The notes beneath the pieces are model-generated. The model was not told the origin of the DNA, ran no database searches, and worked only from the letters and a program-made list of their open reading frames with translations. From contig OZ253580.1 of the NCBI GenBank assembly GCA_965263035.1, positions 4,736,001-4,800,000 on the forward strand: DNA of 64,000 nucleotides, given 5' to 3'. The DNA is from Acidobacteriota bacterium (GTDB taxonomy: Bacteria > Acidobacteriota > UBA6911 > RPQK01 > JAJDTT01). Of the stretch, positions 50,128-60,372 are shown piece after piece; position 1 is the stretch's first letter; the number at the start of each line of letters is the position of its first letter. The translations under genes and the position numbers were made by a program.

Positions 50128-51090
50128 TCAGGGGCTCGTTTCGGATCCACCCGGAGCGGAAGTGTTCACAAAGGCCTCGTCAGACCACTGGACGTTGCCG
50201 CCCTTGTCGACGATTCCTATGGCGATGGTGGAGAGGCGGAATGGACTGTCCTCTTCAGGTACCTCCAGGCACATCTCCAGGATCGTGGGCTCCTGGAAGT
50301 CCCAGGGGAAGGACGCGGTCTTTTCTCCCGTGATCTCCCGGCTGGATGGGTTGCCGGTGGGTGTCCCCTCCAGATCGAAGGCTCGGAAATGGAGTTGAGT
50401 GCCGGCAGGGGCGCTCTGTTCCGGATCGGCCGTCACCGAGGCAAGACCGAGATCCCTGCCGGCTCCGAAGACGCCGGTCAGTACTTGGCAGTCGCCATTT
50501 CCCAACCATTGCTCCGGAGCTTGTCCGGCAACCGAGAAGACCTCCTCGATCTCGCCATCCACCCGATCCTCCACCAGATAACGCCCCTGAACCTGCAGCG
50601 AGTCGGCCGAGCAGGGAGACGGGACGAACACCGAGACGGCTCCCACCACGAGTTCCCCAGAGTCGGTCGTCAAGGTCAGGATTCGGGCACCACCCATGGG
50701 CAGGGTCGTGCGGAGCAGATTGCCTTCAACCGGCTCGCCGTCGAAGAGCACGTTTGGAGCTTCGGTGCTTCCTCGATGGAAGAGCAGCGCCACGTCGCAG
50801 GACTGCGGATTCGGGTCCTGGTGCGTGAGGACAATTTCGGCGTGGGCGTTGCTCCCTCCCAAGGGGCCCATGAAGACGTGGGGAAGCACGGCCGCAGTGG
50901 CGCAAGGTTCGCCGTCCCGGAGGGAAAGACAGTAGCCGGGCTCGACCGCGCGGGCATCCTCGTCGCTGGAGGCCGTCAACGGAGAAGCGGCCATCGCCGG
51001 AAGCAGGACCACGGTGAAGCTCCAGGCCACCGCCGCATAGAGGGCACGCAGCAAGCTGATTCCTAACGGTATTGATTTCGACATTCCCAA
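50128..51090 (-). CDS. Secreted protein consisting only of the conserved six-Cys module
   Basis: Signal peptide, then YCLSLRDGEPC...GGNVQWSDEA, paralogous to the C-termini of 60373..62898 and 63018..64000. Confidence 0.85.
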   Translation of the reverse strand: MGMSKSIPLGISLLRALYAAVAWSFTVVLLPAMAASPLTASSDEDARAVEPGYCLSLRDGEPCATAAVLPHVFMGPLGGSNAHAEIVLTHQDPNPQSCDVALLFHRGSTEAPNVLFDGEPVEGNLLRTTLPMGGARILTLTTDSGELVVGAVSVFVPSPCSADSLQVQGRYLVEDRVDGEIEEVFSVAGQAPEQWLGNGDCQVLTGVFGAGRDLGLASVTADPEQSAPAGTQLHFRAFDLEGTPTGNPSSREITGEKTASFPWDFQEPTILEMCLEVPEEDSPFRLSTIAIGIVDKGGNVQWSDEAFVNTSAPGGSETSP

Positions 51091-51147
51091 CTCGGATTCC
51101 CTTCGGGGTCACCAAGTGTACAAAGAAGTTATAAACTCGGCGACTCG

Positions 51148-52506
51148 GTGAGAAACACAGGGCAGGAAATGCGTGGCAAGGACGCCAATACGGCGAAACG
51201 AAATTCAGCCCTCTCGCCATCCAATGGCCGGAGATCGGTTCGGGGGACCCGGGGGTGCGCGAGTCGCTTCACCCGCCCAATTCTTATCCTCGCGTGGTTT
51301 CTGAATTCGAGCCTGCTTCCCGGACAGGACTGGCCCGAATTTCGCGGGCCGACGGCCCAAGGGCACTCGGATGCCGTCGACCTGCCTCTGACCTGGAACG
51401 AATCCGCAAACGTCGTCTGGAAAGTGCCCATTCCCGGACAGGGATGGTCCTCGCCCGTCATGCGGGACGGCAGGATCTGGCTGACCACAGGAACCTCCGA
51501 GGGCGACTCACCGCAGGCCCGCCACTCGCTTCGCGCCCTGGGGCTCGATTTCGATTCGGGCCGTCTCCTCCACGATGTCGAGGTCTTCGCACTGGAAGGC
51601 CCCCCCTCGCTGCACACGAAGAACTCGTCGGCCTCTCCCACGCCCATCCTGGAAGAGGACCGGGTCTACGTCCATTTCGGAGACTTCGGCACGGCGGCCC
51701 TCGACTCCCGGGGCAAGATTCTCTGGAAGAGCCGGCGCCTGCGCTATGTGGAGCAGTACGGACCGGGGGCCACGCCGGCGCTCGCGGATGACCTGCTTCT
51801 GATCAGCTGCGACGGCACCGATACGCAGTTCGTGGCGGCCCTGGACAAGAACGACGGCACCGTGCGTTGGAAGACCTTGCGTGAGGACGGCGACATGGCC
51901 TACTCGACGCCTCTGGTCATCGCCGCCGCCGGCCTGCGCCAGGTGATCAGCACCGGGGCCAACCAAGCCGTCTCCTACGAACTGATCACGGGGGAGAAGC
52001 TCTGGTGGATCCGATACGTCGGCTTCTCCCAGGTTCCCCGGCCCCTCTTCGTCCACGGTCTGGTCTACCTGGTCAATCCCGCGTTGGGGAAACCCATCCT
52101 GTACGCCATTCGGCCCGACGGCCGTGGAGACGTCACCAATTCGCACGTGGTCTGGACTTGGCAGCGCGGAGTTCCCGTCACGCCTTCCCCTCTGATCGTG
52201 GGGGAAGAGATCTATTTCGTCAGCGACGGAGGAATCCTCAGCTGCCTGGACGCCAGGAAGGGGACCCTGCACTGGCGGGAACGGCTGGGAGGGAACTTCT
52301 CCGCTTCGCCCGCCTTCGCCGACGGCAAGATCTTCCTGCTCGACGAGGACGGGAAGTCGACGGTCATCCGGCCGGGGCGCAATTTCGACAAGTTGGCCGA
52401 AAACCAGTTGGACGGACGAACCCTGGCGTCCATGGCCATCGCCGGCCGATCGCTCCTGATTCGCAGCGACACTCATCTGTATAGGATCGAAAAAGCCTCC
52501 AACTGA
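51148..52506 (+). CDS. PQQ-binding-like beta-propeller protein
   Basis: DWPEFRGP, WKVPIPGQGWSSPV, ASPTP, YSTP, FSASP; true start probably downstream. Confidence 0.88.
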   Translation: MRNTGQEMRGKDANTAKRNSALSPSNGRRSVRGTRGCASRFTRPILILAWFLNSSLLPGQDWPEFRGPTAQGHSDAVDLPLTWNESANVVWKVPIPGQGWSSPVMRDGRIWLTTGTSEGDSPQARHSLRALGLDFDSGRLLHDVEVFALEGPPSLHTKNSSASPTPILEEDRVYVHFGDFGTAALDSRGKILWKSRRLRYVEQYGPGATPALADDLLLISCDGTDTQFVAALDKNDGTVRWKTLREDGDMAYSTPLVIAAAGLRQVISTGANQAVSYELITGEKLWWIRYVGFSQVPRPLFVHGLVYLVNPALGKPILYAIRPDGRGDVTNSHVVWTWQRGVPVTPSPLIVGEEIYFVSDGGILSCLDARKGTLHWRERLGGNFSASPAFADGKIFLLDEDGKSTVIRPGRNFDKLAENQLDGRTLASMAIAGRSLLIRSDTHLYRIEKASN

Positions 52507-52508
52507 TA

Positions 52509-52602
52509 GGAGGGGCGATTTCCAATCGCCCATTCCTCCGTTCCCCTGCGCGCCATTCCCCCATTCCCATTCCCGGATTCGGCGGTTGGAAACCGCCGCT
52601 CC
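52509..52602. repeat. REP doublet (BIME-like)
   Basis: GGAGGGGCGATTTCCAATCGCCC (52509..52531) and inverted GGCGGTTGGAAACCGCCGCTCC (52581..52602). Confidence 0.82.
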
Positions 52603-52734
52603 ACTCCCATCCTTTTACCTTCCGGGATTTTACCGGACTCTGGCCGGTGCGGGAGATTCTTAGTAACGTAGACGAAACTCGAAAGCAGCCGAGCCAAATC
52701 GAAATCACACCATCGCAGAGGGAGAACAGGAAAA

Positions 52735-54081
52735 ATGAACAAGCTTTCAAGGCGCGGATTCGTCGGAGCCTCACTGGCAGGGGCAGCACTCCCGACGCGT
52801 GTCTGGACTCAGAGGAGCCATCCGGTTCCGGAGGACTTCCGTCCGGTCTCGCTCCGACCGGAGATCCGGAAGGTCGTAGAAGCCTGCCGGCATGCGGCTC
52901 TGGAAGAACTGAAGCCCACCCGGAGTCAGCTGGAACGGGGTCTGGAGTTGCATTACAGCAGCTACGTCGCCGACCTCTGCGGCTGCCTCTATGTGGCGGA
53001 CCCTCTTTTTATCTGGAAGGGAGACCGTCTGAAGGGAGAGTTGGAGAGCTACCGAAACAAGCTGGAGCGGGAGGGTCTGGACCGGGAGGAGATCCAGCAG
53101 CGGGTGCTCAACAGGTGGCGGGACATGAAGGCCTTTGAATCAGCCTTCGACCCGCAATGGCGGGAGGACTACCGGAATTTGTATCGCCTGGCCGGCATGG
53201 ACCTGGCGGTGGAAGATGTCGGCCACTTCCATGAACCTAGTTTCCGCGCCGGTCTCCAGCACACGGCACGGGCCGGCTTTGTTTACGACAAGATCAAGGA
53301 CGACGCCCTGCGGGTATCAGGGGTGGACGACCTGGAAACTGCCCGGCAGAACGAACAGGTCGCCGTCCTCTTGCACCTTCATGGCGCCAACTGGTTTGCC
53401 ATGACTCCCGATCCGGTTCAAACCCTGGATCTCTTCTTCGCCCTGGGAGTCCGTGCCTCCCAGTTGACCTATCACGAGAAGAACAGCCTGGCTTCCTCAG
53501 ACGATTTCGATGGTGAGAGAGACGCAGGACTCAGCTTGCTCGGCAAGCGGGTGGTTCGCCGGATGAACCAGTTGGGAATGATCATCAATCTGGCCCACTG
53601 CGGCCACCGCTCGGGGCTCGATGCCATCGAGGCCTCAAGCGAACCGGTCATGAATGCTCACACCGGCTGCCGGGCTGTCTACGACTATTACAAGAACGAA
53701 GACGACGATTATCTTCGTACGCTGGCCCGGAATGGGGGTATCGCGGGCATGATGCCCGGATACCTGTCGCCAGATCCGGACTCGAAGTTTTCCTTCAACG
53801 CCTGGTTTCCTCACCTGGAACACGCCATCAAGGTGGCCGGCATTGACCACGTGGGCATCCCCTCGGATGTGACCTTTATGCCCAACTACCCACCCCGGCC
53901 CATGTCGTGGAGCAACTGGCCCTACTTCACGGTGGGACTGGTTTGCCGCGGATTCAGTGACGCCGAAATCCGGAAGATCATCGGCGGGAACTTCCTGCGC
54001 CTCGCCAAACAGGTGCTGGACAAGCGCCCCTGGGGTCCCTTCATATCCCGAGGCGAAGGCTACAACTGGGTGGCCACGTAG
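52735..54081 (+). CDS. Membrane dipeptidase (M19)-like amidohydrolase with Tat signal
   Basis: SRRGFV; LGVRASQLTY, GLSLLGKRVVRRMNQLGMII, GIDHVGIPSD, IRKIIGGNFLR. Confidence 0.88.
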   Translation: MNKLSRRGFVGASLAGAALPTRVWTQRSHPVPEDFRPVSLRPEIRKVVEACRHAALEELKPTRSQLERGLELHYSSYVADLCGCLYVADPLFIWKGDRLKGELESYRNKLEREGLDREEIQQRVLNRWRDMKAFESAFDPQWREDYRNLYRLAGMDLAVEDVGHFHEPSFRAGLQHTARAGFVYDKIKDDALRVSGVDDLETARQNEQVAVLLHLHGANWFAMTPDPVQTLDLFFALGVRASQLTYHEKNSLASSDDFDGERDAGLSLLGKRVVRRMNQLGMIINLAHCGHRSGLDAIEASSEPVMNAHTGCRAVYDYYKNEDDDYLRTLARNGGIAGMMPGYLSPDPDSKFSFNAWFPHLEHAIKVAGIDHVGIPSDVTFMPNYPPRPMSWSNWPYFTVGLVCRGFSDAEIRKIIGGNFLRLAKQVLDKRPWGPFISRGEGYNWVAT

Positions 54082-54108
54082 CCGCGGGCCAAGTCCAAGC
54101 AGTCCGGC

Positions 54109-55662
54109 TCAATCGGCAAAACGAAACGAAAAGAGCCTGCTCCGGTCGAGGTGGAACTTCAGCACGATGGAGCGCCCTTTCAGGCGACTGACGTCCGAGC
54201 CCTGGGTCCACTTCATGGTATGCCGCAGGCTGTCACCCTTGGCCGCCGCCGCGTTTTTCCGGCCGAATCCCTCGATCGGCGTTCCCCCGGGCTCCAGAAT
54301 CTCGACCGCGACCGACCCTTCACTGGCATCGGCATTGACTACGAGCCGCTCTCCGGACATCCGGATCGGCCTGGTGGTCAGGACTCCGTTCCCGGCATCG
54401 ATAGACACGAAACCGTCCAGGCGAAGTTTGGCCAGACCCACCTTGCCCCCCTGGACCTCATTCCGACTGGTCGACCAGTGGAGACCACTGAAGCCGACGT
54501 AGTAGATCCAGATCTCATCTTCCACCACGACCGGGTGCTGCATCACGTAGACCATGCTGCGGTCAAAGGCTTCGGGCTGGGTCCCCAGAGGCAGGAAGAC
54601 GTTTCGTCCTCCCGCGCGTTCCCAGGTCCGGCCGTCTCGGCTGAAAGCCAATTGGATGTCGACCGTGTCGAGCCAATCGGGTCCGGACCTGATCTGCCGT
54701 GAGGTCGCGGTCTCCAGTCCGGGCAACGTGTGATAGACCGCGATGAAGCCGAAGTACACGTCTTGGTATGGCATCCACTCCATGTTGTAGAACTGCTGGT
54801 TCCAAGGAGGATCTTCCCGGTCGGCACTCATGATCACACCCCGGGACTCCCATTTGAGGAAATCGTCGCTCTCGCTCTGCAGAACCTCCCGTCGCAGGAA
54901 GCTTCCCTCCGCACCCGGCCACAGTTCCTCGCGGAGATCTCGCCGGACCTTCCAGTCCGGTGGATGGTAGACAGGATTGTGCCGGGTGTGGGCGACGTAC
55001 TTGCCCAATCGAGGATCCCACATCACCGAATTTGGGCTGTCGGCCGTCGGAATCACCGGTTTGTCGGTTGCCCGCTTCCAGTGAATACCATCCGCGGAGA
55101 AGGCGACGCCGATGCCGTTGCCCGAGGATTCCAGTCCCGGAGTATCGTGCATGTGGTAGATCATCTTGTAGCGGCGCTCCGGGTCGGTTTCGACCGCGTC
55201 CTTGAAGACGCCTCCCGCAACCTCGCCCCTTCCAGCGGTGAAGACCAGGTTGTTTTCCTTGGATCCCTGGTGTTCCAGCAGGCCCAGGTTGGGCCGCTCC
55301 CAGCGCATACCATCCTTGGAGGTGGCGTAGCCGAGGAATACCTGGCTCCAGTCGTAGACGGCCGCGTCGTACCACATCTTGAAGATCTGCTCTTCGGCGT
55401 CGTAGATGACGTTCCCCATGACGACGACCAGATCCTGGCCTCCAACCTTCTGCTCCGGCTTCAGCTCGAGAACCGGATTCCCCTCGTACTTCACCGGTTG
55501 ATTCAGCACTCGATAGGCCCGTTCCATGGAGCGAATGATGGAGTCGTCAACGAACAGCTGCTTGTCGGTTCCCACATCGACCACCCGGTCGCCCGGCTCG
55601 GCCCAACCCGAGAATGCGAAGAGCGCAGCCAGGAGCGCCGTCAGCAGTAGACTCTTGATCAT
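54109..55662 (-). CDS. Secreted five-bladed beta-propeller, glycoside hydrolase (GH32/43)-like
   Basis: Signal peptide; QLFVDD, KYEGNPVL, YATSKDGMRW, SADGIHW, SRDGRTW, LRLDGFVS. Confidence 0.75.
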   Translation of the reverse strand: MIKSLLLTALLAALFAFSGWAEPGDRVVDVGTDKQLFVDDSIIRSMERAYRVLNQPVKYEGNPVLELKPEQKVGGQDLVVVMGNVIYDAEEQIFKMWYDAAVYDWSQVFLGYATSKDGMRWERPNLGLLEHQGSKENNLVFTAGRGEVAGGVFKDAVETDPERRYKMIYHMHDTPGLESSGNGIGVAFSADGIHWKRATDKPVIPTADSPNSVMWDPRLGKYVAHTRHNPVYHPPDWKVRRDLREELWPGAEGSFLRREVLQSESDDFLKWESRGVIMSADREDPPWNQQFYNMEWMPYQDVYFGFIAVYHTLPGLETATSRQIRSGPDWLDTVDIQLAFSRDGRTWERAGGRNVFLPLGTQPEAFDRSMVYVMQHPVVVEDEIWIYYVGFSGLHWSTSRNEVQGGKVGLAKLRLDGFVSIDAGNGVLTTRPIRMSGERLVVNADASEGSVAVEILEPGGTPIEGFGRKNAAAAKGDSLRHTMKWTQGSDVSRLKGRSIVLKFHLDRSRLFSFRFAD

Positions 55663-55692
55663 GGTTCCCGCTTTCCTTTCGTGAACTTGCTA

Positions 55693-55716
55693 GGAGGGGG
55701 GACATTCTTGCCCCCC
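55693..55716 (+). repeat. REP-like palindrome
   Basis: GGAGGGGGGACATTCTTGCCCCCC followed by TCTTCAT; matches the reverse complement of 62944..62975. Confidence 0.7.
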
Positions 55717-55759
55717 TCTTCATTTCCGACCTGGATGGTCTTCTCCCGCAGGTGGAGGG

Positions 55760-56665
55760 TCAGCTCGCCAGTTTTTCCGGCATCGTTTTGCGTTTCCGGA
55801 TCCGAATCGGGACCCGGAAGTTGGCATCGGCGTCCGAATCGGCCTCCGTCTCCCGAGCCAGGAAGAGGGGCACATCCTCCGCCGGGGGATTGGTTCGGTC
55901 ATGGGCCGTGGGAAAGCTGCGCATGATGATCCGCTGTTCCCGGTTCAACGTCTCGATCCACTGGGGATCGCATTGCCGCCGATCTCCCTCCCAGAGCCAG
56001 GAGGGGCAGTAACTCACGAAGATGTTCTTTCGGATCACGTCGGTCTCGTTGACGTCGACCCGGTGCCAGGTCCCGCAGTGCATCACCGTCATGCTTCCGG
56101 CAGGAACCACCAGGGGGACTTCCCCCGGGACGCTCTCGTGAGTGTAGTACAGGTCGAATTCCTGGTTTCGATGACTGCCCGGCATGTAGATGAAGTTCCC
56201 CATTCCGGCATGGGGTAGATCTGTGAGCCAAAGTCCTATGCAGAGACGCAGAGGGAGTTCCTTAGAGAATACGGCATAGGGCGTGGGCCGAGGCGAGTCC
56301 GGGTGCCACATGGACTCGTCCTTGTAGTCCCGGGGCCGGATGAAGATGTCCGAGCGGTGGAGCTTCAAGAGCTCGCCGTAGAGATCGTAGCCGTAGCCCA
56401 CGTGGCGGGAGTGATCGATGAGCTCGCCCAAAACCGGATCCGCAGCGACGCAGTGAGGCTGCCTGAAATCCTTGCCGGGAGCGTAGTTCGGATCGGAGGC
56501 GGCGACGCGATCGATGGCTTCGATGTATCGGTCCACGTCTTCCTGAGGAATGGCGTTCTCCAAGACCAGAATCCCGTTTCTCTGGAATTCTTCCCATTGA
56601 TCCGGGGCAAAACCTGGTGGAGCGATACGGTACGAATTCTCTGGCACGGGAGTCTCTCCTTCCAA
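55760..56665 (-). CDS. Phytanoyl-CoA dioxygenase (PhyH) family Fe/2OG oxygenase
   Basis: FQRNGILVL, WHPD, MPGSH, PAGSMTVMH..TWH...N...RKNI; start uncertain. Confidence 0.9.
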   Translation of the reverse strand: MEGETPVPENSYRIAPPGFAPDQWEEFQRNGILVLENAIPQEDVDRYIEAIDRVAASDPNYAPGKDFRQPHCVAADPVLGELIDHSRHVGYGYDLYGELLKLHRSDIFIRPRDYKDESMWHPDSPRPTPYAVFSKELPLRLCIGLWLTDLPHAGMGNFIYMPGSHRNQEFDLYYTHESVPGEVPLVVPAGSMTVMHCGTWHRVDVNETDVIRKNIFVSYCPSWLWEGDRRQCDPQWIETLNREQRIIMRSFPTAHDRTNPPAEDVPLFLARETEADSDADANFRVPIRIRKRKTMPEKLAS

Positions 56666-56688
56666 TTCTGGGTATCCTAGCAGCCCGT

Positions 56689-56833
56689 GGTAAAAGTCGT
56701 CGCGGCATTCGACTGGGTCTGCATCGTGCGCGGACTGCGTTGCGCCTCGGTCACATAGGGTCGAATATGCTCCCTCACCGCGCCTTGTCCGGCGGGCGCA
56801 GCCCCGGTCTCGGTGCTACGCGGGACTTTCACC
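56689..56833. mobile_element. MITE-like family 2, copy B
   Basis: GGTAAAAGTCGT...GGGACTTTCACC; colinear with 35506..35648; directly abutted by MITE family 1. Confidence 0.72.
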
Positions 56834-56835
56834 TA

Positions 56836-56996
56836 GGAGTCTGCGCGGTAGAAATGATCGTAGCGAGAAAGTGGGGAATCGAGGCCAGATTTTCTCGATT
56901 TTGAGGTGCATAGTTGTTCTATTCGCCGAGAAATCGGGGAAATATGGACCGATTCTACCGCTTTCGCAGTAGATCGATTTCTGCAGCGCAGGCTCC
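56836..56996. mobile_element. MITE family 1, copy 3
   Basis: GGAGTCTGCGCGGTAGAAAT...ATTTCTGCAGCGCAGGCTCC (17/20 inverted match), flanked by TA. Confidence 0.9.
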
Positions 56997-57037
56997 TAGG
57001 CAAGGGCGAGGGTTAACGCAAAGGTGAACGGACTCTA

Positions 57038-59677
57038 ATGTCTGGGGTTTCGCTCAAGGATCATCAAACCGGCTGGCCGCGGTATTTGGCCACCGTTGCC
57101 GTCTGGATCGTGTCCGGCTTTTTCTTTTCCTGTCAGAGCCAGTTTGATCCTTCCCCACAGGGGGACCCCAAGACAACCCACGACCCCCGTCTTTTTGAAG
57201 TATCCCGGCAGCTTCAGGTGCCGGACGGATTTCAGGTGGAACTGGTCTATTCGGTGCCGCTGGAGGAACAGGGTTCCTGGGTGGCGTTGACGCCGGATTC
57301 CGCAGGGCGGCTGATTACCGCGGATCAATTCGGGAGTCTTTACCGAGTGACGGTCGGAGCTGGAGATTCCGGTACGAAAGTCGAGAAGTTGAATCTTCCC
57401 ATCGGCCACGCCCAGGGGCTTCTCTATGCCCATGACAGCCTCTATGTCACGGTCAACCTGTATCGGACCTCGAAGGAGAAGGTTGCGCAGGGCAGTGGGT
57501 TCTATCGGGTGCTGGACACGGATGGAGACGACCGGTTCGACGAGGTCAAGCTGTTGGGGCAATTGGAGGCTGTGGACAACGAGAATGGGCATGGAGAGCA
57601 CGGGCCCCACGCCGCGGTGCTCGGTCCCGACGGTCTCATTTATCTCGTTGCGGGCAATGGCACCAAGGTTCCGGATGGTTTGGCACGATCCTCTCCGTTC
57701 AGGAATTGGGCCAACGATTTGCTGATCCCCCCCGAGCCGGGATTTGTGCCGGCCGGCTGGGTTGCCCGTACCGACGAGACGGGTTCTGTCTGGGAATTGT
57801 TTGCTGGAGGATTGCGGAACTCCTACGACCTGGCATTCAACCCCGACGGCGAGCTGTTCGCCTTCGACGCGGACAGCGAAGCAGGCATTGGCACGCCCTG
57901 GTACCGCCCCACTCGAATCAACCAGGTGGTCTCGGGAGGGGAGTATGGCTGGCGCTACGACACCGGGCGTTTGAGACCTTATGGAAAGTGGCCTGAATAC
58001 TACCCCGACAGTGTCGGCAGCGTGGTCGATATGGGGTTTGGGTCGCCGACCGGTCTCGTTTTTGGAACCGGCGCTCATTTTCCGGCCAGGTATCAGCGGG
58101 CGTTGTTCGCGTGTGATTGGGCGTCGGGGAAGATTTATGCCGTTCGCCTGAAACCGCAGGGGGCTGGTTATACGGCGACCTTCGAGCCATTCCTGACGGG
58201 GAGTGCCTTGCCCTTGACCGACGTTGTGATCAACCGGGATGGGGACATGTATTTTACGGTGGGTGGGAGGGAGTCCAAGTCGGGTCTTTTTCGAATTCGC
58301 TACCGTGGAGACGAAGTCACCGATCCGGTCGAGACCATCGCCCATCCCGCAGCCGACCGGGCACGGCGAATGCGAAGGCGCCTGGAGCAATTCCATGGTC
58401 AAAGGGATGCTCACGCGGTGGTGGAGGCGTGGCCTCATCTGGCCAGCCCCGATCGCACACTCCGCTATGCAGCGCGTGTCGCTATCGAGCATCAGAACCC
58501 TGCAGCGTGGCAGGATCGCGCACTGCGCGAGGATGACCATGTCGCGTCGATCCAGGCCATGTTGGCTTTGGCGCGAACCGGCAGGGCAGAGCTGCGGGAG
58601 GCCGTCTTGGGGAGGCTCGGCCGGCTCCCCTTGGAGCGACTTCCCGAGGATCAACTGCTGGAGGCGCTACGCGCCTACAGTCTGGCTTTTATCCGGATGG
58701 GCGGCGCACGCAAGGGATCAGGACAACGGGCCGTCAAACGGCTGGGACGGCTGTTTCCTTCCTCCAGCCGGGCGCTCAACCAGGAGCTTTGCCGGCTGCT
58801 GGTTTACCTGAAAGATCCGAGTGTCATCGACAAGTCATTGAGACTGATCGACTCTGCCGGGAGACAAGATCGGCTGTTTTATTTCGCCACCTTGAGTCAC
58901 CTCAGAGAGGGTTGGACGCTGTCACAGCGCCAAACGTACTTTCGCGCGCTGAATTATTCCCAGGGAGAGTATCTTCGTGCTGAGAAAGCATTCGGGAGGA
59001 AGGGTCTCAACAGCCGTTTCATCTACCTGATTGAGAACTTTCGGCAAACCGCCGTGGAGAGCCTCAGCGAAGGGGAAGCCACAATCCTGGAGGAGATCAT
59101 CAACGATCAACGGGCAATGACGGTGACTGACGAGGGTCCGGCCCGTGGATTTGTGGGAACTTGGCGGGTGGCCGACTTTCTGCCCCGGCTCAAGCAGGTG
59201 GAAAGCGGTCGGTCCTACGAGAGCGGCAAGTCTGCCTACCAGGCGGCAGAGTGCGCTCGATGTCATCGCTTTGGTGATCTAGGAGGCACCACGGGGCCGG
59301 ACATCACCACCGTCGGAAATCGTTTTGACGTGCAGTATCTGCTGGAATCGCTGCTCGATCCCTCCAAGGTGGTCTCCGATCGCTTCTTCAACGAGTCGAT
59401 TGAGATGGAGGATGGCGTCATCCATATTGGCCGGGTGGTTTACGACGATGGAAAACTGTTGCGGGTTCGCAGGGATCCTTTCACCCAATCGGTGACCGAA
59501 GTGGCCGCGGATCGGATTGAAACCCGCACTGTTTCGAGAATTTCGGAGATGCCTGAAGGAATGCTCGACGTTTTTACCGAGGAAGAAGTTCTGGACCTGG
59601 TCGCTTACTTGAGGTCGGGCGGAAATCCGGAAGATCCGGCATTCAACACTCTACGGCCAATCACCAAGGAGCCATGA
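57038..59677 (+). CDS. PVC-type membrane-bound dehydrogenase-like protein with c-type heme domain
   Basis: Lipobox-like FFSC; VPDGFQVELV, GEHGPH, GLRNSYD propeller; CARCH...GPDIT...LLESLLDPS...SEMPEG. Confidence 0.9.
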   Translation: MSGVSLKDHQTGWPRYLATVAVWIVSGFFFSCQSQFDPSPQGDPKTTHDPRLFEVSRQLQVPDGFQVELVYSVPLEEQGSWVALTPDSAGRLITADQFGSLYRVTVGAGDSGTKVEKLNLPIGHAQGLLYAHDSLYVTVNLYRTSKEKVAQGSGFYRVLDTDGDDRFDEVKLLGQLEAVDNENGHGEHGPHAAVLGPDGLIYLVAGNGTKVPDGLARSSPFRNWANDLLIPPEPGFVPAGWVARTDETGSVWELFAGGLRNSYDLAFNPDGELFAFDADSEAGIGTPWYRPTRINQVVSGGEYGWRYDTGRLRPYGKWPEYYPDSVGSVVDMGFGSPTGLVFGTGAHFPARYQRALFACDWASGKIYAVRLKPQGAGYTATFEPFLTGSALPLTDVVINRDGDMYFTVGGRESKSGLFRIRYRGDEVTDPVETIAHPAADRARRMRRRLEQFHGQRDAHAVVEAWPHLASPDRTLRYAARVAIEHQNPAAWQDRALREDDHVASIQAMLALARTGRAELREAVLGRLGRLPLERLPEDQLLEALRAYSLAFIRMGGARKGSGQRAVKRLGRLFPSSSRALNQELCRLLVYLKDPSVIDKSLRLIDSAGRQDRLFYFATLSHLREGWTLSQRQTYFRALNYSQGEYLRAEKAFGRKGLNSRFIYLIENFRQTAVESLSEGEATILEEIINDQRAMTVTDEGPARGFVGTWRVADFLPRLKQVESGRSYESGKSAYQAAECARCHRFGDLGGTTGPDITTVGNRFDVQYLLESLLDPSKVVSDRFFNESIEMEDGVIHIGRVVYDDGKLLRVRRDPFTQSVTEVAADRIETRTVSRISEMPEGMLDVFTEEEVLDLVAYLRSGGNPEDPAFNTLRPITKEP

Positions 59678-60303
59678 TGCGAACCCTGAAATTGCTGTTT
59701 TTGGCCGCCGGGCTTGCGGGGACCGCAGGCTGTGCGCTGCCATCGGACGACTCGCCACCCGATGGATTTACCAAGCTGTTCAACGGCCACGATCTGACCG
59801 GTTGGAAGGATGATGGCAGCGGGCACTGGCGGGCCGAGAACGGCATGATTCTTTACGACGGCGGAGGCTGGGAACCTGCACCCAAGACGGTGTTCGAGCG
59901 CAATTTGAGCACGGAAAAGGAGTACGGCGATTTCATTTTTCTCATCGATTGGAAGATTGAGAAAGACGGCAATAGTGGAATCTTTCTGCGTGGCGAGCTG
60001 CAAGTGGAGATCTGGGACAGAACGGCAGTCGTTTACTCATCTCCCCACGGGTCGGGTGGAATTGTGGGTTACACCAGCAAGGGACAAGACCCACTACGGA
60101 CAGTCGACCGTCCGCTGGGAGAGTGGAACCACTTTGAGATCCGCGTCCAGAATGAAACCGTCACCGTGCATCTCAACGACCAGCTTGTGATCGACAGGTT
60201 TGCGGCCGACTTCAAACGGGCCGAAGGCCCTATCGTTCTCCAGCATCATGGTTGGCCGCTGTGGTTCAAGAACATTTACGTCAAAGAGTTGGACGGACAT
60301 TGA
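59674..60303 (+). CDS. DUF1080 (3-keto-disaccharide hydrolase-like) lipoprotein
   Basis: TAGC lipobox; LFNGHDLTGW, GNSGIFLR, GEWNHFEI, LQHHG..LWFKNIYVKEL. Confidence 0.92.
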   Translation: MMRTLKLLFLAAGLAGTAGCALPSDDSPPDGFTKLFNGHDLTGWKDDGSGHWRAENGMILYDGGGWEPAPKTVFERNLSTEKEYGDFIFLIDWKIEKDGNSGIFLRGELQVEIWDRTAVVYSSPHGSGGIVGYTSKGQDPLRTVDRPLGEWNHFEIRVQNETVTVHLNDQLVIDRFAADFKRAEGPIVLQHHGWPLWFKNIYVKELDGH

Positions 60304-60372
60304 CGAGGGCTTACGGCAGGGACTGCTGCCGAAGTGTCGATACCTGCCCTTTCTTTCTCCCCTTCACTCATC

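Noticed and set aside
51148-52506. Calling the PQQ-like propeller bamB
   Set aside because: No lipobox or bam context; it resembles the expanded WPxFRGP propeller family
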